From Acidobacteriota bacterium (lineage in GTDB: Bacteria; Acidobacteriota; UBA6911), in NCBI GenBank assembly GCA_963664705.1, contig OY761556.1, positions 3,104,001 through 3,168,000 on the forward strand: 64,000 nt of DNA, in the 5' to 3' direction. The notes under the pieces were generated by a model. It was given only the letters and a program-made list of their open reading frames with translations. It did not search any database and was not told where the DNA came from. The translations under genes and the position numbers were made by a program. How positions within the stretch are numbered: the stretch's first letter is position 1; the number at the start of each line of letters is the position of its first letter. Below, one piece after another: positions 1-9,771 of this stretch.

Positions 1-15
1 TCTTTGAGTCGATCG

Positions 16-44
16 CCGGTAGGGCGAATCTCCAATCCTACCGG
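16..44. repeat. Small GTAG-type palindrome (REP-like)
   Basis: CCGGTAGG (16-23) and CCTACCGG (37-44) form an 8-bp inverted repeat containing GTAGG/CCTAC. Confidence 0.35.
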
Positions 45-100
45 GCCCTTTAACTGTCTGCCTTTGTATCTTCCGGATATTACTCTCATATTCTCAAGTC

Positions 101-215
101 GCGGGTTACGGGTTGAAGGTTTCAGATTGCAGGCAGCAGAATGCAGCAAGCCGCCGACACCGATCAACAAACCAATTCGTCATTCGTAATTCGTCATTCG
201 TAATTCGTCATTCGT
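101..215. repeat. Heptamer tandem-repeat element downstream of recG
   Basis: Degenerate nCRGGTT-type units at 101-144; six units alternating AATTCGT/CATTCGT at 174-215, ending exactly at the recG stop. Confidence 0.9.
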
Positions 216-2369
216 CTATCCTGTCATTGCCAAACCAAAATGGTCCTTCCACATTTGCCGGATAAGCTGGGCCACGCGGACTGTTTCTTCATCCGGATTT
301 CCGCGCAGCGCTTCAATGAAACGGCCCGCCTCATCACGAGCGATCTCCAGGGCGCGTCGATCCCGGATAAGATTAGCGTATTTGAAGGCCGGAATCCCGG
401 ATTGTCGTGTGCCGATGATTTCGCCCGGCCCGCGCAATTCCAGATCGACCTCTGCGATGCGAAACCCGTCGTTGGTCTCGCACATGATTTCGAGACGTCG
501 GCGCGCTTCAGGGCTGGTTCGCACATTGCCGACAAGGATACAGGTGGACTGGGCCGGTCCGCGCCCCACCCTGCCGCGAAGCTGATGGAGTTGGGAAAGG
601 CCAAAGCGCTCGGCATGTTCAATAACCATGAGGGTGGCATTCGCCACATCGACTCCGACCTCAATCACAGTCGTGGAAACCAGAACCTGGAGCTTTCCGG
701 CGGCAAACGCGGCCATGGTCTCTTCTTTCTCTATACTCTTCATGCGACCGTGCAGCAGGCCGATACGCAGATTGGGAAATACCTTTCCGGCCAGGTACTC
801 CGCCATTTCCGTGGCTGCCCGCAGATCTGATTTCTCCGATTCCTCCACGAGAGGATACACCACATAAACCTGGTGGCCGTCAGAAACAGCTTTTCGTATC
901 GCTTCAAAGGCTTTGGCTCGGTCACTATCCTCATACCACAGCGTTTCAATCGGTTTGCGTCCAGGGGGCATCTGATTGATGGTCGATACATCGAGGTCGC
1001 CATACATCGTCAAAGCCAGGGATCGTGGAATCGGGGTCGCCGTCATGACCAGGACGTCCGGGTGTTGACCTTTTTCCCTCAGGATATTCCGCTGAACCAC
1101 GCCAAAGCGATGCTGTTCATCGATAACCACCAACGCCAGATTCTTGAACTGTACATCTTCCTGGACGAGAGCATGGGTGCCGATGGCAATCTGCGTCACC
1201 CCTTTCCCTATCCGCTCCTGCACCTGCCGCTTATCCTTTGCGGAAAGGCTGCCTTTCAGAAGGTCAATGCGGTACCCAACGGGTTCCAGGAGGCGTCTGA
1301 AATAAAAGTAGTGCTGTTCCGCCAGGATTTCGGTTGGAGCCATTATCGCGACCTGGTACCCGTTTTCCACGGCAATGACGGCTGCCTGCGCCGCAACAAT
1401 AGTCTTTCCGGATCCGACGTCCCCCTGAAGCAACCGGCTCATCGGATGAGGAGAACAGATATCCTCCGCAATATCCCTGAGGGCTTTTTTTTGCGCCTCG
1501 GTCGGATGGAAAGGAAGAACCTTCTTGATGGCAACGCGAATGCTCTCGTCCAATCGAAACTGCCTATCCTTCACATGGCGCACACGGTTTTGCCGAACCA
1601 TTGCGATGCCGACCTGCAGCTGGAAAAGCTCTTCAAAAATGAGTCGCTTGTGCGCCGGGGAAATGCCCTGGTTATAAAGATCCAGTTCCTTGCGCCGCTC
1701 GAGCGCAGTCGTCCCGCGGAATCCGGGAAAATGTAGCTGCTGTATCGCCCTGAGTCTGGAGAACAGGCGCAGCTTCCGGCTGAGCTGCGCTGGAATTGCG
1801 TCCGGGATGTCCGAAGGCAAATGCGCCAGGACCGAATAGATAATCTGACGCAGCGTGCGTGTCCGCAGGTCCACGATCCGTCGATAAATGGGCACCACCC
1901 GTCCGGAATGAATCGAAACGGCGGCGTTCTCATCTTCGAGGATTTCGCACTCAGGATTCATGAATACAAGAGCGCCATGAGCATAGGAGTCCTTTTTGAC
2001 CTGACCGTAGATGACAAGCCGTAGGCCGACTTTATAGACCATCCGGAGATATGGCTGATTAAAGAACTTGACTCGCACGCTTCCGCGCCCGTCGCGGACC
2101 AGCATTTCGTATACCGAGAAGCCACGGCGGCGCGAATCGAAACCACCAACGCTACATATTTCCCCGCAAATCAGTCCCCACTCTCCTTCCCGAAGCGACT
2201 CGATGGACTGAAACCGGCTGCGGTCTTCGTACCGGAACGGCGCATATCCCAGGAGATCTCCAATCGTGCGAATGCCGTGGGCAGCCAACATTTCCGACCG
2301 ACGCGGTCCGATGCCTTTCAGGAATTGCACGGCCGTATCCATTCGCAGAACAGGGGCTGTTGTGGTCAT
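216..2369 (-). CDS. recG: ATP-dependent DNA helicase RecG
   Basis: Wedge domain, LQGDVGSGKT Walker A, DEQH, MTATPIPR, QLRGRVGR and LRGPGE motifs. Confidence 0.97.
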   Translation of the reverse strand: MTTTAPVLRMDTAVQFLKGIGPRRSEMLAAHGIRTIGDLLGYAPFRYEDRSRFQSIESLREGEWGLICGEICSVGGFDSRRRGFSVYEMLVRDGRGSVRVKFFNQPYLRMVYKVGLRLVIYGQVKKDSYAHGALVFMNPECEILEDENAAVSIHSGRVVPIYRRIVDLRTRTLRQIIYSVLAHLPSDIPDAIPAQLSRKLRLFSRLRAIQQLHFPGFRGTTALERRKELDLYNQGISPAHKRLIFEELFQLQVGIAMVRQNRVRHVKDRQFRLDESIRVAIKKVLPFHPTEAQKKALRDIAEDICSPHPMSRLLQGDVGSGKTIVAAQAAVIAVENGYQVAIMAPTEILAEQHYFYFRRLLEPVGYRIDLLKGSLSAKDKRQVQERIGKGVTQIAIGTHALVQEDVQFKNLALVVIDEQHRFGVVQRNILREKGQHPDVLVMTATPIPRSLALTMYGDLDVSTINQMPPGRKPIETLWYEDSDRAKAFEAIRKAVSDGHQVYVVYPLVEESEKSDLRAATEMAEYLAGKVFPNLRIGLLHGRMKSIEKEETMAAFAAGKLQVLVSTTVIEVGVDVANATLMVIEHAERFGLSQLHQLRGRVGRGPAQSTCILVGNVRTSPEARRRLEIMCETNDGFRIAEVDLELRGPGEIIGTRQSGIPAFKYANLIRDRRALEIARDEAGRFIEALRGNPDEETVRVAQLIRQMWKDHFGLAMTG

Positions 2370-2382
2370 GATTTGATGGCTA

Positions 2383-2438
2383 CCGGTTGCAAGTTGCAGG
2401 TTACAGGTTACAGGGTGAGGAGTTCAAGCTGCAAGTTG
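2383..2438. repeat. Heptamer tract (CAGGTTA/CAAGTTG) upstream of recG
   Basis: CCGGTTG CAAGTTG CAGGTTA CAGGTTA CAGGGTG ... CAAGCTG CAAGTTG. Confidence 0.8.
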
Positions 2439-2442
2439 CCGC

Positions 2443-2477
2443 AAAAAAAAGGGGGGTAGCGATCGGCGCCACCCCCC
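2443..2477 (-). terminator. Intrinsic terminator on the minus strand, upstream of recG
   Basis: Minus strand reads GGGGGGTGGCG-CCGAT-CGCTACCCCCC-T8; the G-U wobble and the U-tract both fix the orientation. Confidence 0.85.
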
Positions 2478-2604
2478 AAGGGAATGTATGGTGCGAAAGG
2501 GATTTTGTCTTTCCTTTTACTTACAAATACTCGGATTGCATGAAATCGTTTCAAAAAATTTTGATCTTAGCCCCGGGACCGGTACTCATGCAACGGAGTG
2601 TCCC

Positions 2605-2639
2605 CTTGCATCCCGTATCTCGCATCCTGTATCTTGCTT
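2605..2639. repeat. Heptamer tract (CYYGYAT) upstream of the lipoprotein gene
   Basis: CTTGCAT CCCGTAT CTCGCAT CCTGTAT CTTGCTT. Confidence 0.8.
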
Positions 2640-2641
2640 AA

Positions 2642-3250
2642 ATGCTATCAGCATTGCGGCACCGGACATTCATGGGTCTGGCATTTCTGATTACCTCTCT
2701 TCTCCTTTGTGCCGGCTGCGGTGGGCGTTCCATGAACAAAAGCCTGGCAAGGGACCTGATCACCCAGATACCGGGAGAGGTCCTGGAGAAAAGGGATGTT
2801 GAGGTCGCCAATATTTCCCAGGTTAGCGGATCGGAGGCGATTGCCGAAACTTCGTTTAAGACCGCCTTTCGGCTCGAGAGAGTTCATGGCAGCTGGGTGG
2901 TGCAGGAAATAAAGATCGGGCATGGTCAATGGGAAAAGGTATCCAACCTTGTCAAAGCCCTTGAAAAGGTCAAAGCAGAGGAAACGGCCGCGATGCTGGA
3001 CCGGACGGTGGAAGGCATCCGGAAATACCGGGCCGACAAGGGTTCCATACCGGTTTTCAAAGACTACATCGGGCTTTCAGATCTGCTGACTCCCAAGTAT
3101 CTCACGCCATTGATGCGTCTGGATTCCTGGCGGCGCCCCTTTTTCGCCGGACTCAGTCCAGCCAACACCATTACTATCCGCTCTGCCGGCCCTGACGGCC
3201 GCTATTTTACGAACGACGATATTGTGAGGACAGTAGGCAGCGGCCAGTAG
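2642..3250 (+). CDS. Lipoprotein with C-terminal GspG/pseudopilin-like domain
   Basis: Signal peptide with lipobox-like LCAGC; C-terminal DSWRRPF...IRSAGPDG..TNDDI resembles the T2SS protein G C-terminal signature. Confidence 0.65.
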   Translation: MLSALRHRTFMGLAFLITSLLLCAGCGGRSMNKSLARDLITQIPGEVLEKRDVEVANISQVSGSEAIAETSFKTAFRLERVHGSWVVQEIKIGHGQWEKVSNLVKALEKVKAEETAAMLDRTVEGIRKYRADKGSIPVFKDYIGLSDLLTPKYLTPLMRLDSWRRPFFAGLSPANTITIRSAGPDGRYFTNDDIVRTVGSGQ

Positions 3251-3376
3251 CTGGCGGTCGGGAACCAGGTTTGATGGATTGGTTCGATCCCCAAAATGCC
3301 AACAGATGTTTGCACCGGTAGCCACGCGTCACGACATGCATTGATTTAATGAATTGTCCTGCGCTGCCGGCTACTG
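3231..3376. repeat. Degenerate CAGTAGG-type inverted heptamer element between convergent genes
   Basis: CAGTAGG CAGCGGC CAGTAGC TGGCGG at 3231-3257; CTGCCGGCTACTG at 3364-3376 is near-complementary to 3245-3257. Confidence 0.55.
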
Positions 3377-3377
3377 A

Positions 3378-3968
3378 TTACAGTCCCAATATGTGTCCCA
3401 GCTTTTCTTTTTTGATTTTGAGATACTCGCGAGTATGGATGTGCGGGGGGATCTCAAGCGGGACGCGCTTTTCCACGATGATTCCCTCCTTTTCCAACCC
3501 CTGCACCTTATCCGGATTGTTGGAAAGCAGGTGGATGCGCGTGGCACCGAGGGTTTTCAATATTTCCGCCGGCATGAGGTAGTCTCGCTGGTCTGCATCG
3601 AATCCCAGCTTGATATTAGCGGCCACCGTATCGAGGCCGCTGTCCTGCAGTTCATACGCGGCAATTTTATTCGTAAGGCCGATGCCGCGTCCTTCTTTCT
3701 GCTGGTAGACGAGCACTCCGGATTCGGCTTTGGCAATAAGCGTCATTGCGGCCTCAAGCTGATCTCCACAGTCGCAACGGAGTGAGAACAGGACATCGCC
3801 GGTCAGGCATTGGGAGTGGATTCGAACAAGAGCGGCTTTGGCAGGATCTGGTTTACCTACAACCAGAGCCACGGCTTCTTCACCTGAGTTCAGGTCACGG
3901 AAGCCGTGGATCGTAAAGTCTCCCAATCGAGTTGGGAGTTTAGCTTGCGGAATCTTATCAAAATTCAT
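3378..3968 (-). CDS. ribA: GTP cyclohydrolase II
   Basis: VRIHSQCLTGD...RCDCG zinc motif, EGRGIGL, LSNNPDK. Confidence 0.96.
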   Translation of the reverse strand: MNFDKIPQAKLPTRLGDFTIHGFRDLNSGEEAVALVVGKPDPAKAALVRIHSQCLTGDVLFSLRCDCGDQLEAAMTLIAKAESGVLVYQQKEGRGIGLTNKIAAYELQDSGLDTVAANIKLGFDADQRDYLMPAEILKTLGATRIHLLSNNPDKVQGLEKEGIIVEKRVPLEIPPHIHTREYLKIKKEKLGHILGL

Positions 3969-3995
3969 TACGCGGTACTGCGTACAGGGCGCAGG

Positions 3996-4469
3996 CTATT
4001 TTTTATCGCTTGCGGCGGCCTGTTTTTCGCTTTTCTTGCTTTTCTTGCTTTCTTCCTTCTTGCCCTCTTCCTTTTTCCCCTTCTTGCCTTCATCCTTTTT
4101 TTCGGCCTTGAATTCGCTTCCAACTAATTCGAGGTAGGCCATCTGGGCGCCATCACCATCTCGGAATCCGAGTCGGATGATGCGAGTATATCCGCCGGGT
4201 CTCTGGGCGAAACGGGGGGCAAGAGTTTCAAACAATTTGGCAACAACCTGAGGATCTTTTACATACGCCAGGACCTGCCGTCTTGCGTGCAGATTTTCGC
4301 GTTTCCCAAGCGTGATCATTTTTTCAGCAATGGGACGAACCGCTTTGGCACGGTCCAGGGTTGTTCGAACACGCTCTTTGTCAAAGAGTGACGTGACCAT
4401 GTTGCGAAACATGCTTATGCGATGGGGAGTTTTCCGCCCCAGCTTTTTTCCAGCAACTCGATGTCTCAT
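3996..4469 (-). CDS. rplQ: 50S ribosomal protein L17 with Lys/Glu-rich tail
   Basis: [16 protein letters not shown] motifs; position after rpoA. Confidence 0.98.
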   Translation of the reverse strand: MRHRVAGKKLGRKTPHRISMFRNMVTSLFDKERVRTTLDRAKAVRPIAEKMITLGKRENLHARRQVLAYVKDPQVVAKLFETLAPRFAQRPGGYTRIIRLGFRDGDGAQMAYLELVGSEFKAEKKDEGKKGKKEEGKKEESKKSKKSEKQAAASDKK

Positions 4470-4505
4470 GAATCCAGTCTCCGATCCGCTTCAGCGGTCC
4501 TATCG

Positions 4506-5495
4506 CTATTCCGGTTTTGGAGCAGGAACCGGCCTGCCCTCCGGATCGAGCTTCATTCCAAAGGACAAGCCCATTTCGGAAAGTATCTCTTTGATTTCAT
4601 TAAGGGACTTCCGCCCGAAGTTCTTGGTCTTCAACATTTCTGCCTCGGTCTTCTGGACCAGTTCACCGATGGTCTTGATATCGGCGTTCTTCAGGCAGTT
4701 GTAGGACCTGACTGAAAGCTCCAACTCCTCAACGGAGCGCTTCAGGTTCTCGTACATCCGTTCGGCTTCCCGATCGACTTCCTCTTCCTCTTCTTCGGGT
4801 TGTTCTTCGAAGTTGATGAAGATGAACATGTGGTCTTTGACGATTTTGGCAGCCTGGGCAATGGCATCCTGGGGAGGAATGCACCCGTTGGTCCAGACAT
4901 CCAGAACCAGCTTGTCGTAGTCCGTGGTCTGACCGAGACGCGCGGCTTCCACCGAATAATTAACTCTCTTAATCGGGGAGTGAACGCTGTCGACAGGAAT
5001 ATATCCAAGCTCCAGGTCTTCCTCGAAATTTTCATCCGCCTGGATATAGCCACGTCCCTTTTTCACGCGCATGGCTATCTTCAGTTTTCCGCCTTCCCCA
5101 ATTGTCGCGATGTAGACATTGGGGTCCAGGATCTCGATGTCGGGATCCGGCGTTATATTGGCAGAGGTGATGACGCCAGCCTGGTCCGATTCCAGATAGA
5201 TGGTCTTCGTGTGGTCCACGTTGAGCTTCAGAGGGACCTGCTTCATGTTCATGATGATGTTGGTGGCATCTTCAGTCACGTTGGGGATTGGCGTGAACTC
5301 ATGAAGAACGCCTTCGATCTTCACAGCGGTAATCGCTGCACCTTCGATCGATGACAGCAGGACTCGTCGCAACGCATTCCCGATCGTCGTACCGAAACCT
5401 CTTTCGAAAGGTTGGGCATAAAAATGGCCGTACGTCGGACTCAGGGTTTCAAGATCGCAGATCAGTCTCTTTGGCTTTTGAAAAGCTCTAGTCAT
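4506..5495 (-). CDS. rpoA: RNA polymerase alpha subunit
   Basis: [21 protein letters not shown]; alpha-[22 protein letters not shown]. Confidence 0.99.
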   Translation of the reverse strand: MTRAFQKPKRLICDLETLSPTYGHFYAQPFERGFGTTIGNALRRVLLSSIEGAAITAVKIEGVLHEFTPIPNVTEDATNIIMNMKQVPLKLNVDHTKTIYLESDQAGVITSANITPDPDIEILDPNVYIATIGEGGKLKIAMRVKKGRGYIQADENFEEDLELGYIPVDSVHSPIKRVNYSVEAARLGQTTDYDKLVLDVWTNGCIPPQDAIAQAAKIVKDHMFIFINFEEQPEEEEEEVDREAERMYENLKRSVEELELSVRSYNCLKNADIKTIGELVQKTEAEMLKTKNFGRKSLNEIKEILSEMGLSFGMKLDPEGRPVPAPKPE

Positions 5496-5512
5496 ATTTT
5501 CCCCGCTCTCCC

Positions 5513-6145
5513 TTACTTCGAATAGAGTTCTACGATGAGTTGCTCATCAATAGGCATCTGAATATCTTCGCGTTTGGGCAAAGCCTGTACGGTGCCTTTC
5601 AAACCATCTGCGTCCAGTAGAAGCCAGGCAGGAACTCCGCCTCGTCCGCCAATGGTGGCGACCGAGTCCAAGATCTGCTGGTTTTTCCTGGTTCGCTCAC
5701 GCAGAGTAATTACGTCTCCCACTTTGACCTGGGCGGAGGCGATATCTACCTTCTTGCCGTTGACAAGAATGTGTCCATGGGTCACCAGCTGTCGTGCCTG
5801 GTCCCGCGATGGCGCAAATCCCAGCCGGCAGATAACGTTGTCGAGACGGCATTCGAGTGAAAGCAGAAGGTTCTCACCCGTGATCCCCTTCTTTTTGTCC
5901 GCCTTTTCGAAATAATTGGCAAACTGATTTTCGAGGACCCGATAGATGCGTTTGACCTTCTGTTTTTCGCGCAGCTGAATCCCGTATCCGACCGTTTTGG
6001 GGCGATGGTCGCGGCCATGCTGTCCTGGAGGGAAGTTGCGCTTCTCAACTGCACAGGTATCCCTGAAGCAGCGGTCTCCCTTCAGGAAGAGCTTCATGCC
6101 TTCCCGCCGGCAAAGCCGACATTTCGCTTCGCGGTATCTAGCCAA
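5513..6145 (-). CDS. rpsD: 30S ribosomal protein S4 (zinc-binding type)
   Basis: [33 protein letters not shown]. Confidence 0.99.
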   Translation of the reverse strand: MARYREAKCRLCRREGMKLFLKGDRCFRDTCAVEKRNFPPGQHGRDHRPKTVGYGIQLREKQKVKRIYRVLENQFANYFEKADKKKGITGENLLLSLECRLDNVICRLGFAPSRDQARQLVTHGHILVNGKKVDIASAQVKVGDVITLRERTRKNQQILDSVATIGGRGGVPAWLLLDADGLKGTVQALPKREDIQMPIDEQLIVELYSK

Positions 6146-6177
6146 TTCGTTTCTCCTTTAAAATTCCATCGATTCTC

Positions 6178-6309
6178 AATTACGAGTTTCGAATGACGTA
6201 AGTTGAATTGAGATGATTTCTTTGCTCAATTCACTATTTGCCTGAATCCCTGCTTCCATCCAGGTCTGATGGTTCATTCGCAAATCGTAATTCGTAATTC
6301 CTAATTTCG
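6178..6309. repeat. Inverted heptamer element (AATTACG/CGTAATT) in the rpsK-rpsD spacer
   Basis: AATTACG AGTTTCG AATGACG ... CATTCGC AAATCGT AATTCGT AATTCCT; internal hairpin TGAATTGAG/CTCAATTCA. Confidence 0.8.
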
Positions 6310-6310
6310 C

Positions 6311-6724
6311 TTACACTCTGCGCCGCTTGGGCGGCCGGCAACCATTGTGCGGGATAGGAGTGATGTCACGGATGGCCTTCACTTCCAGTCCTGAGCTCTG
6401 CAAGGCACGGATTGCGGATTCTCGTCCCGCTCCGGGTCCTTTGAGCTCGACATTGATCGTGCGCATTCCGTATTCCTTCACGGCGTTGGCAGCAATCGTT
6501 GCCGCCTGTTGCGCTGCAAAAGGAGTCCCTTTGCGCGATCCCTTGAAGCCTACCGCGCCGGCACTGGACGTAGCCAGCAGGTTACCGTCGAGATCTGTAA
6601 TGCTGATAATCGTGTTGTTGAAAGTTGCGAGAACATGCGCAACACCAGCCGGTATGCTGAGTTTCTCCCGCTTCTTTCCAGTTTTCCGTTTTGCGGTCTT
6701 CTTTGCTTGTGCTTTTTCTGCCAT
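6311..6724 (-). CDS. rpsK: 30S ribosomal protein S11
   Basis: [34 protein letters not shown]. Confidence 0.99.
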   Translation of the reverse strand: MAEKAQAKKTAKRKTGKKREKLSIPAGVAHVLATFNNTIISITDLDGNLLATSSAGAVGFKGSRKGTPFAAQQAATIAANAVKEYGMRTINVELKGPGAGRESAIRALQSSGLEVKAIRDITPIPHNGCRPPKRRRV

Positions 6725-6742
6725 GAATCACTCCAGCAAGGT

Positions 6743-7105
6743 CTACTTTTTGCCGACAATCCTTCGCGGCCCTTTGCGCGTCCGGGCGTTTGTATGCGTC
6801 CTCTGCCCTCGAACAGGAAGTCCGCGTCGATGACGCAGACCACGATAGGAACCGATCTCCATGAGTCTCTTGATATCCATCGAGATTGCCTTGCGCAGAT
6901 CGCCTTCGACCATCCCGTCTCTTTGGATAATATTGCGGATGCGCACCGCTTCTTCTTCGGTCAGGTCCTTCACCTTGGTATTGATACTAATTCCGGCCTC
7001 TTCTAGTATCTTGGCAGCCCGGCTTCTGCCGATACCGTAGATGTATGTGAGACCAACCTGGATTCGCTTTCCCAGTGGCAGATCCACTCCTGCGATTCTA
7101 GCCAA
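6743..7105 (-). CDS. rpsM: 30S ribosomal protein S13
   Basis: [27 protein letters not shown]. Confidence 0.99.
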   Translation of the reverse strand: MARIAGVDLPLGKRIQVGLTYIYGIGRSRAAKILEEAGISINTKVKDLTEEEAVRIRNIIQRDGMVEGDLRKAISMDIKRLMEIGSYRGLRHRRGLPVRGQRTHTNARTRKGPRRIVGKK

Positions 7106-7119
7106 TTCTTACCTCCCTT

Positions 7120-7233
7120 TTATCCCTGGCGCTGCTTGTGTTTGGGATTGGAGCACCGAACCTGGATGACCCCTTTGCGGCGCACGACTTTGCACTTGGT
7201 GCAGATCTTTTTTACGGACGCTCGTACTTTCAT
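7120..7233 (-). CDS. rpmJ: 50S ribosomal protein L36 (zinc-ribbon type; not in ORF track)
   Basis: Manual translation [37 protein letters not shown], between infA and rpsM. Confidence 0.98.
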   Translation of the reverse strand: MKVRASVKKICTKCKVVRRKGVIQVRCSNPKHKQRQG

Positions 7234-7240
7234 AGTATCC

Positions 7241-7459
7241 CTACTTATACCTATACACGATTCGCCCCCGTGTTAAATCATAGGGGGATAGTTCAACCAG
7301 GATCTTGTCGCCAGGCAGGATCCGGATAAAATTCTTGCGCATTTTGCCCGAAACGTGCGCAAGCACCATGTGTTTATTCTCTAGTTCCACTCGGAACATA
7401 GCATTCGGCAGCGTCTCTACCACCGTTCCCACTACTTCGATTGCATCCTCTTTGGGCAT
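7241..7459 (-). CDS. infA: Translation initiation factor IF-1
   Basis: [33 protein letters not shown]; start placed at MPKED (72 aa). Confidence 0.97.
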   Translation of the reverse strand: MPKEDAIEVVGTVVETLPNAMFRVELENKHMVLAHVSGKMRKNFIRILPGDKILVELSPYDLTRGRIVYRYK

Positions 7460-7470
7460 ATGCATATTCA

Positions 7471-7531
7471 CGATTGACGATTTACGATTGATGATCCACT
7501 TCCGTCAATCATCAATCGTAAATTGTCAATC
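7471..7531. repeat. Inverted heptamer hairpin (GATTKAC family) in the adk-infA spacer
   Basis: 7472-7495 is complementary to 7508-7531 at 23/24 positions; contains the adk stop. Confidence 0.92.
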
Positions 7532-8185
7532 TTTTCCGACAACCGTCATAATAAAATCGAAGATTTCGTCAACTGCCCGTTCTCCATTAACTTCAACATA
7601 GAGTCCCTGGTCTTTGTAATACTGGATCAGGGGTGCCGTTTTCTGCTCATACACCTGGAGCCGTTCTGCAACTACCTCGGGCGCGTCGTCTTTCCGCTGT
7701 ACGAGAGCTGCCCGGCACTCATCACAGGCACCTTCCGCTTTTCCCGGATCCAGAATCGCGTTGAACATTTTGCCGCACTTTGCGCAGGTCCACCGCGAGG
7801 ACAGCCTTTTGATCAACTCGTTATTCCCGACCTTGACTCCGAGCGTCAGGATCTTCGTCTTGTCCTTCTCCAGTACCGACCGGAGAAATTCCGCCTGGGG
7901 AATTGTCCGCGGATATCCGTCAAGGATCACTCCGTTATCGCAGTCCGCGCGTCCAATCCGCTCGGCTACGATCGCATCCACCAGTTCATCCGGGACCAGC
8001 AGGCCCGAATCCATGAAAGCCTTGGCCTTTTGCCCCAGCTCGGTTTTGTTCCTCAATGCTTCGCGAAGTATGTCCCCGGTAGAAATGTGGGGAACTTTCA
8101 GTGCCTCGCTCATCATTCTCGCCTGCGTACCTTTTCCGGCACCGGGCGGACCAAGCATTATAATCGCTAACCGCTGATTCTTCAT
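7526..8185 (-). CDS. adk: Adenylate kinase (zinc lid)
   Basis: GPPGAGKGTQA, ISTGDILR, LDGYPRT, CxxC...CxxC lid. Confidence 0.98.
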   Translation of the reverse strand: MKNQRLAIIMLGPPGAGKGTQARMMSEALKVPHISTGDILREALRNKTELGQKAKAFMDSGLLVPDELVDAIVAERIGRADCDNGVILDGYPRTIPQAEFLRSVLEKDKTKILTLGVKVGNNELIKRLSSRWTCAKCGKMFNAILDPGKAEGACDECRAALVQRKDDAPEVVAERLQVYEQKTAPLIQYYKDQGLYVEVNGERAVDEIFDFIMTVVGKD

Positions 8186-8190
8186 CTTTT

Positions 8191-8277
8191 ATTTACGTTT
8201 TGCGATCAAAAAAAATAACGATCGAAGAAAAATGATGTGCTTTCAATCGTCAATCGTTAATCGTAAATCGTCAACCG
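8191..8277. repeat. Heptamer element (TMAATCG x5) in the secY-adk spacer
   Basis: TCAATCG TCAATCG TTAATCG TAAATCG TCAACCG at 8243-8277; decayed opposite arm ATTTACG TTTTGCG near 8191. Confidence 0.85.
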
Positions 8278-8278
8278 G

Positions 8279-9685
8279 TTAACTGCGCCGCCCGCGAATT
8301 CTTCCCTTTTTGAGGAATCCGTCATAATGACGCATGATCAGCTGCGATTCGATTTGTTGAATCGTATCCATCGCAACGCCGACCACAATCAGAAGAGAAG
8401 TACCGCCGAAGTAAAACGTTACGCCAAGCCCCGTCGTAATCCAGGCCAATCCGGCAGAGTTGAGAAAATCGTCAAGCTTAGGTCCAATAAACGGAATGGG
8501 CTGAACCTTAAACCCGGTGATCAGGAATTCCGGCAACAGGCAAACCAGCACGAGATAGATGGCGCCGGCAGCCGTAAGACGGCTCAGGATGCGATCGATA
8601 AACTCTGCCGTTCTCCGTCCAGGCCGAATTCCGGGAATGTACCCGCCGTATTTCCGGATATTATCCGCAACCTCCATGGGGTTGAAGATAATGCTGACAT
8701 AAAAGAAACAGAAAAAGATGATACCCGCGATATAGAGCAGGTTATAGAGCGGCATGCCCTGCGCAAGCTGCGATGAGAGGCTCGTCATCCACTTGACCTG
8801 TACCACAGCCGCCAGCGTACCAGGAATCGAGACGATGGAGGCGGCAAAGATTACAGGGATAACGCCGCCGGAATTGACCCGCAGCGGCAAGTGCGTCGCC
8901 TGTCCGCCATAGACGCGTCGTCCGACAACACGTTTCGCATACTGAACAGGAATCTTCCTTTGCCCGCGTTCCACAAAAACCACGGCCGCGACCACAACCA
9001 CCATGACGATGATAAGAATCGCGATGGTAAAGATAGACCATTCACGCGCGACGAACCGATTGTAAATCTGCGCAATAGCGTGTGGCAGGCCGACCACGAT
9101 ACCGGCAAAGATAATCAAGCTGATGCCGTTTCCGATTCCCCGTTCGGTGATCTGTTCACCGACCCACATGATAAAGGCAGTTCCGGTAGTCAGCGTGATC
9201 ATGACCATCAGCCGGAAACCCCATCCGGGATTCAGCACGACGGATCCGCCGCCGGAGCGCTCGAGAGCAACCGCAGTCATAAACCCCTGGAAGAGGGTCA
9301 GCGCTACCGTCATATAGCGCGTGTATTGAGTAATCTTCTTTCTACCCAGTTCGCCTTCTTTGGAAAGCTTTTCCAGGTAAGGTACGACGACGGTGGCGAG
9401 CTGCAGGATAATGGATGCGGTAATATACGGCATAATCCCCAAAGCGAAAATGCTGAAGCGCTTCAGGGCGCCGCCGGAGAAGATGTCGAGAAATCCGAAG
9501 ATGGTCCCCGCCTGTGTCTGGAACAGCTGTTCCAGAGCCGCACCATTGATTCCCGGGGTTGGGATGAAGGCACCGATGCGATATACAGCCAGCAGGCCGA
9601 GCATAAAAAGCACTCGCTTGCGCAAGTCCGGAATGCTGAATATATTTTGTATAGAACTGAAAAAAGGACTTCTTTCTTCCGGCAT
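8279..9685 (-). CDS. secY: Preprotein translocase subunit SecY
   Basis: SIFALGIMPYITASII, GIGNGISLIIF, GGYIPGIRPG, FGGTSLLIVVGV. Confidence 0.99.
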   Translation of the reverse strand: MPEERSPFFSSIQNIFSIPDLRKRVLFMLGLLAVYRIGAFIPTPGINGAALEQLFQTQAGTIFGFLDIFSGGALKRFSIFALGIMPYITASIILQLATVVVPYLEKLSKEGELGRKKITQYTRYMTVALTLFQGFMTAVALERSGGGSVVLNPGWGFRLMVMITLTTGTAFIMWVGEQITERGIGNGISLIIFAGIVVGLPHAIAQIYNRFVAREWSIFTIAILIIVMVVVVAAVVFVERGQRKIPVQYAKRVVGRRVYGGQATHLPLRVNSGGVIPVIFAASIVSIPGTLAAVVQVKWMTSLSSQLAQGMPLYNLLYIAGIIFFCFFYVSIIFNPMEVADNIRKYGGYIPGIRPGRRTAEFIDRILSRLTAAGAIYLVLVCLLPEFLITGFKVQPIPFIGPKLDDFLNSAGLAWITTGLGVTFYFGGTSLLIVVGVAMDTIQQIESQLIMRHYDGFLKKGRIRGRRS

Positions 9686-9771
9686 CGTCTTTTCACAACC
9701 TCAAAGACTGGGGTTGATGTTCTCAGAGGCCACTCGGCTTCGAGAAGGGTAAATATTCAAGTTTATTCTTT

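Noticed and set aside
4-189. Short ORFs over repeat tracts (4-189, 2277-2459, 2387-2641, 28114-28407)
   Set aside because: Translations simply reflect the 7-nt periodicity or intergenic sequence; no SD or family motifs
174-215. Heptamer tracts as CRISPR repeats or assembly artefacts
   Set aside because: No spacers and no cas genes; units are degenerate and usually paired as inverted arms at gene boundaries, unlike sequencing stutter
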